A stretch of DNA of 64,000 bases, taken from assembly GCF_018350175.1 (NCBI RefSeq), contig NC_058368.1, forward strand, positions 141,362,001 through 141,426,000, written 5' to 3'. Origin of the DNA: Felis catus (taxonomy: Eukaryota). A program made the position numbers and the translations under genes. The notes under the pieces were generated by a model. That model made no database searches. It worked only from the letters and a program-made list of their open reading frames with translations, and had not been told where the DNA came from. The number at the start of each line of letters is the position of its first letter. The first letter of the stretch is position 1. Positions 63,026 through 64,000 of the stretch are shown here, piece after piece.

Positions 63026-63310
63026 AAGCAATAAGCCTTTGGTCTTTAGGTTTTAGGATTTCAGCTTTATTTCTCGGACCACCTACTAGCTCAGTGACTT
63101 TGAATAAGTCCTTGGTTCCTAATAAGTTTGAGATAATTACAAGAGTTATTTTTCCAGAAGAATCAATAGAACTTCATGACCTATTGGTAACTAAAGCATC
63201 AGAGGTGAAATTAGGAAGTGCAGAATGCCTGAGATGCGCTAAATTTCTTACCTGTTGGCATTTGAGACAATGTGTAAAGATGGCGTCCTGGCAGATGTAC
63301 AGATAGATTG

Positions 63311-63457
63311 CTTGGAGTTTTTTCTCTGGAATTACCTGCCATCTCAAAGTTCCAATTTTTAGTTTCCTGTGGCTCTTTCTCCTACATCCACCAGAAGGAA
63401 ACAGAACTAAAAACTGGACCTTTGAGATGGCAGGTAATTCCAGAGAAAAATTCCAAG
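63311..63457. repeat. Long inverted repeat (hairpin), arms ~58 bp, 30-nt loop
   Basis: 63319-63349 is the exact reverse complement of 63420-63450 (31 bp); pairing extends on both sides with few mismatches. Confidence 0.93.
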
Positions 63458-64000
63458 AAAGACAGTCACAGAGAATGCCAGAGATAAAGGAATCTTTAAA
63501 AGAAACAGAAAGAACCATCCAAGAGAGAAGGCCAAAAACTACAGCACCATCAAAGCCAAGATAGAACGCAACTTTCTAAAGGGAGTGACCAGAAGAATTA
63601 AATGCTGGAAAAAGATGAGGGATTTTGAGGTGTGTAAGCAAATGGGGAAATATTTTGGAAGGAAGTCACTGCAGATTTTGAAAGTGTAGTTACAGTAAAG
63701 ACTACAAGGGAATGTGTGATATTTGGTGAAGAAATGGGGTGACTGATGCAGAGCACTCATTTGAGAGAAAGTACAAATAACTGTAGTAGGGACATGAAAA
63801 GGAAAACTATAAAAGTAATGGTATATAATTCAAGCATTTGAAAAATAAAAGGGAGTAACAGTTTCTACTTTTTAGAATAATCTAAACATTTTTCCCCTTA
63901 CTAGCATCAATTTTATATTTGTCTGGGGCTTAGAAAGCATCTGATTTATTATTCTGCTTAAACTTTGATAAGGAGAAATAACTATAATTTGCAGATGGTA

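Noticed and set aside
1..64000. CRISPR arrays, operons or other prokaryotic systems
   Set aside because: The sequence is clearly mammalian (spliced gene, CanSINEs, L1); no regularly spaced repeat-spacer array was seen.

Overview
This is AT-rich mammalian genomic DNA, almost certainly from a felid, judging by the SINEC_Fc-type CanSINEs and young felid-type L1 3' ends. Bases 1-37.4 kb hold the 5' part of WDR41 on the minus strand: coding exons 1-8 (697 nt, in phase at every junction; exon 9 lies outside the window), a CpG-island promoter at about 37.15-37.75 kb, and a GT-AG U12-type (minor spliceosome) intron 4. The rest is intronic or upstream DNA with about 26 CanSINEs, L1s of several ages, MaLR/ERVL LTRs and MER-type DNA transposons. 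Standout observations: (1) two independent young 1.4-kb L1 insertions in one intron start at exactly the same nucleotide, suggesting a defined non-autonomous L1 derivative or a site-specific truncation mechanism; (2) one of them carries a 3' transduction tag that can be used to find its source; (3) an old 750-bp NUMT (ND1-tRNAIle-tRNAGln-tRNAMet-ND2) is flanked by a 12-bp direct repeat; (4) a near-perfect ~58-bp-arm hairpin lies at 63.3 kb. Repeat family names and boundaries were recognised by eye and are approximate unless TSDs are given.
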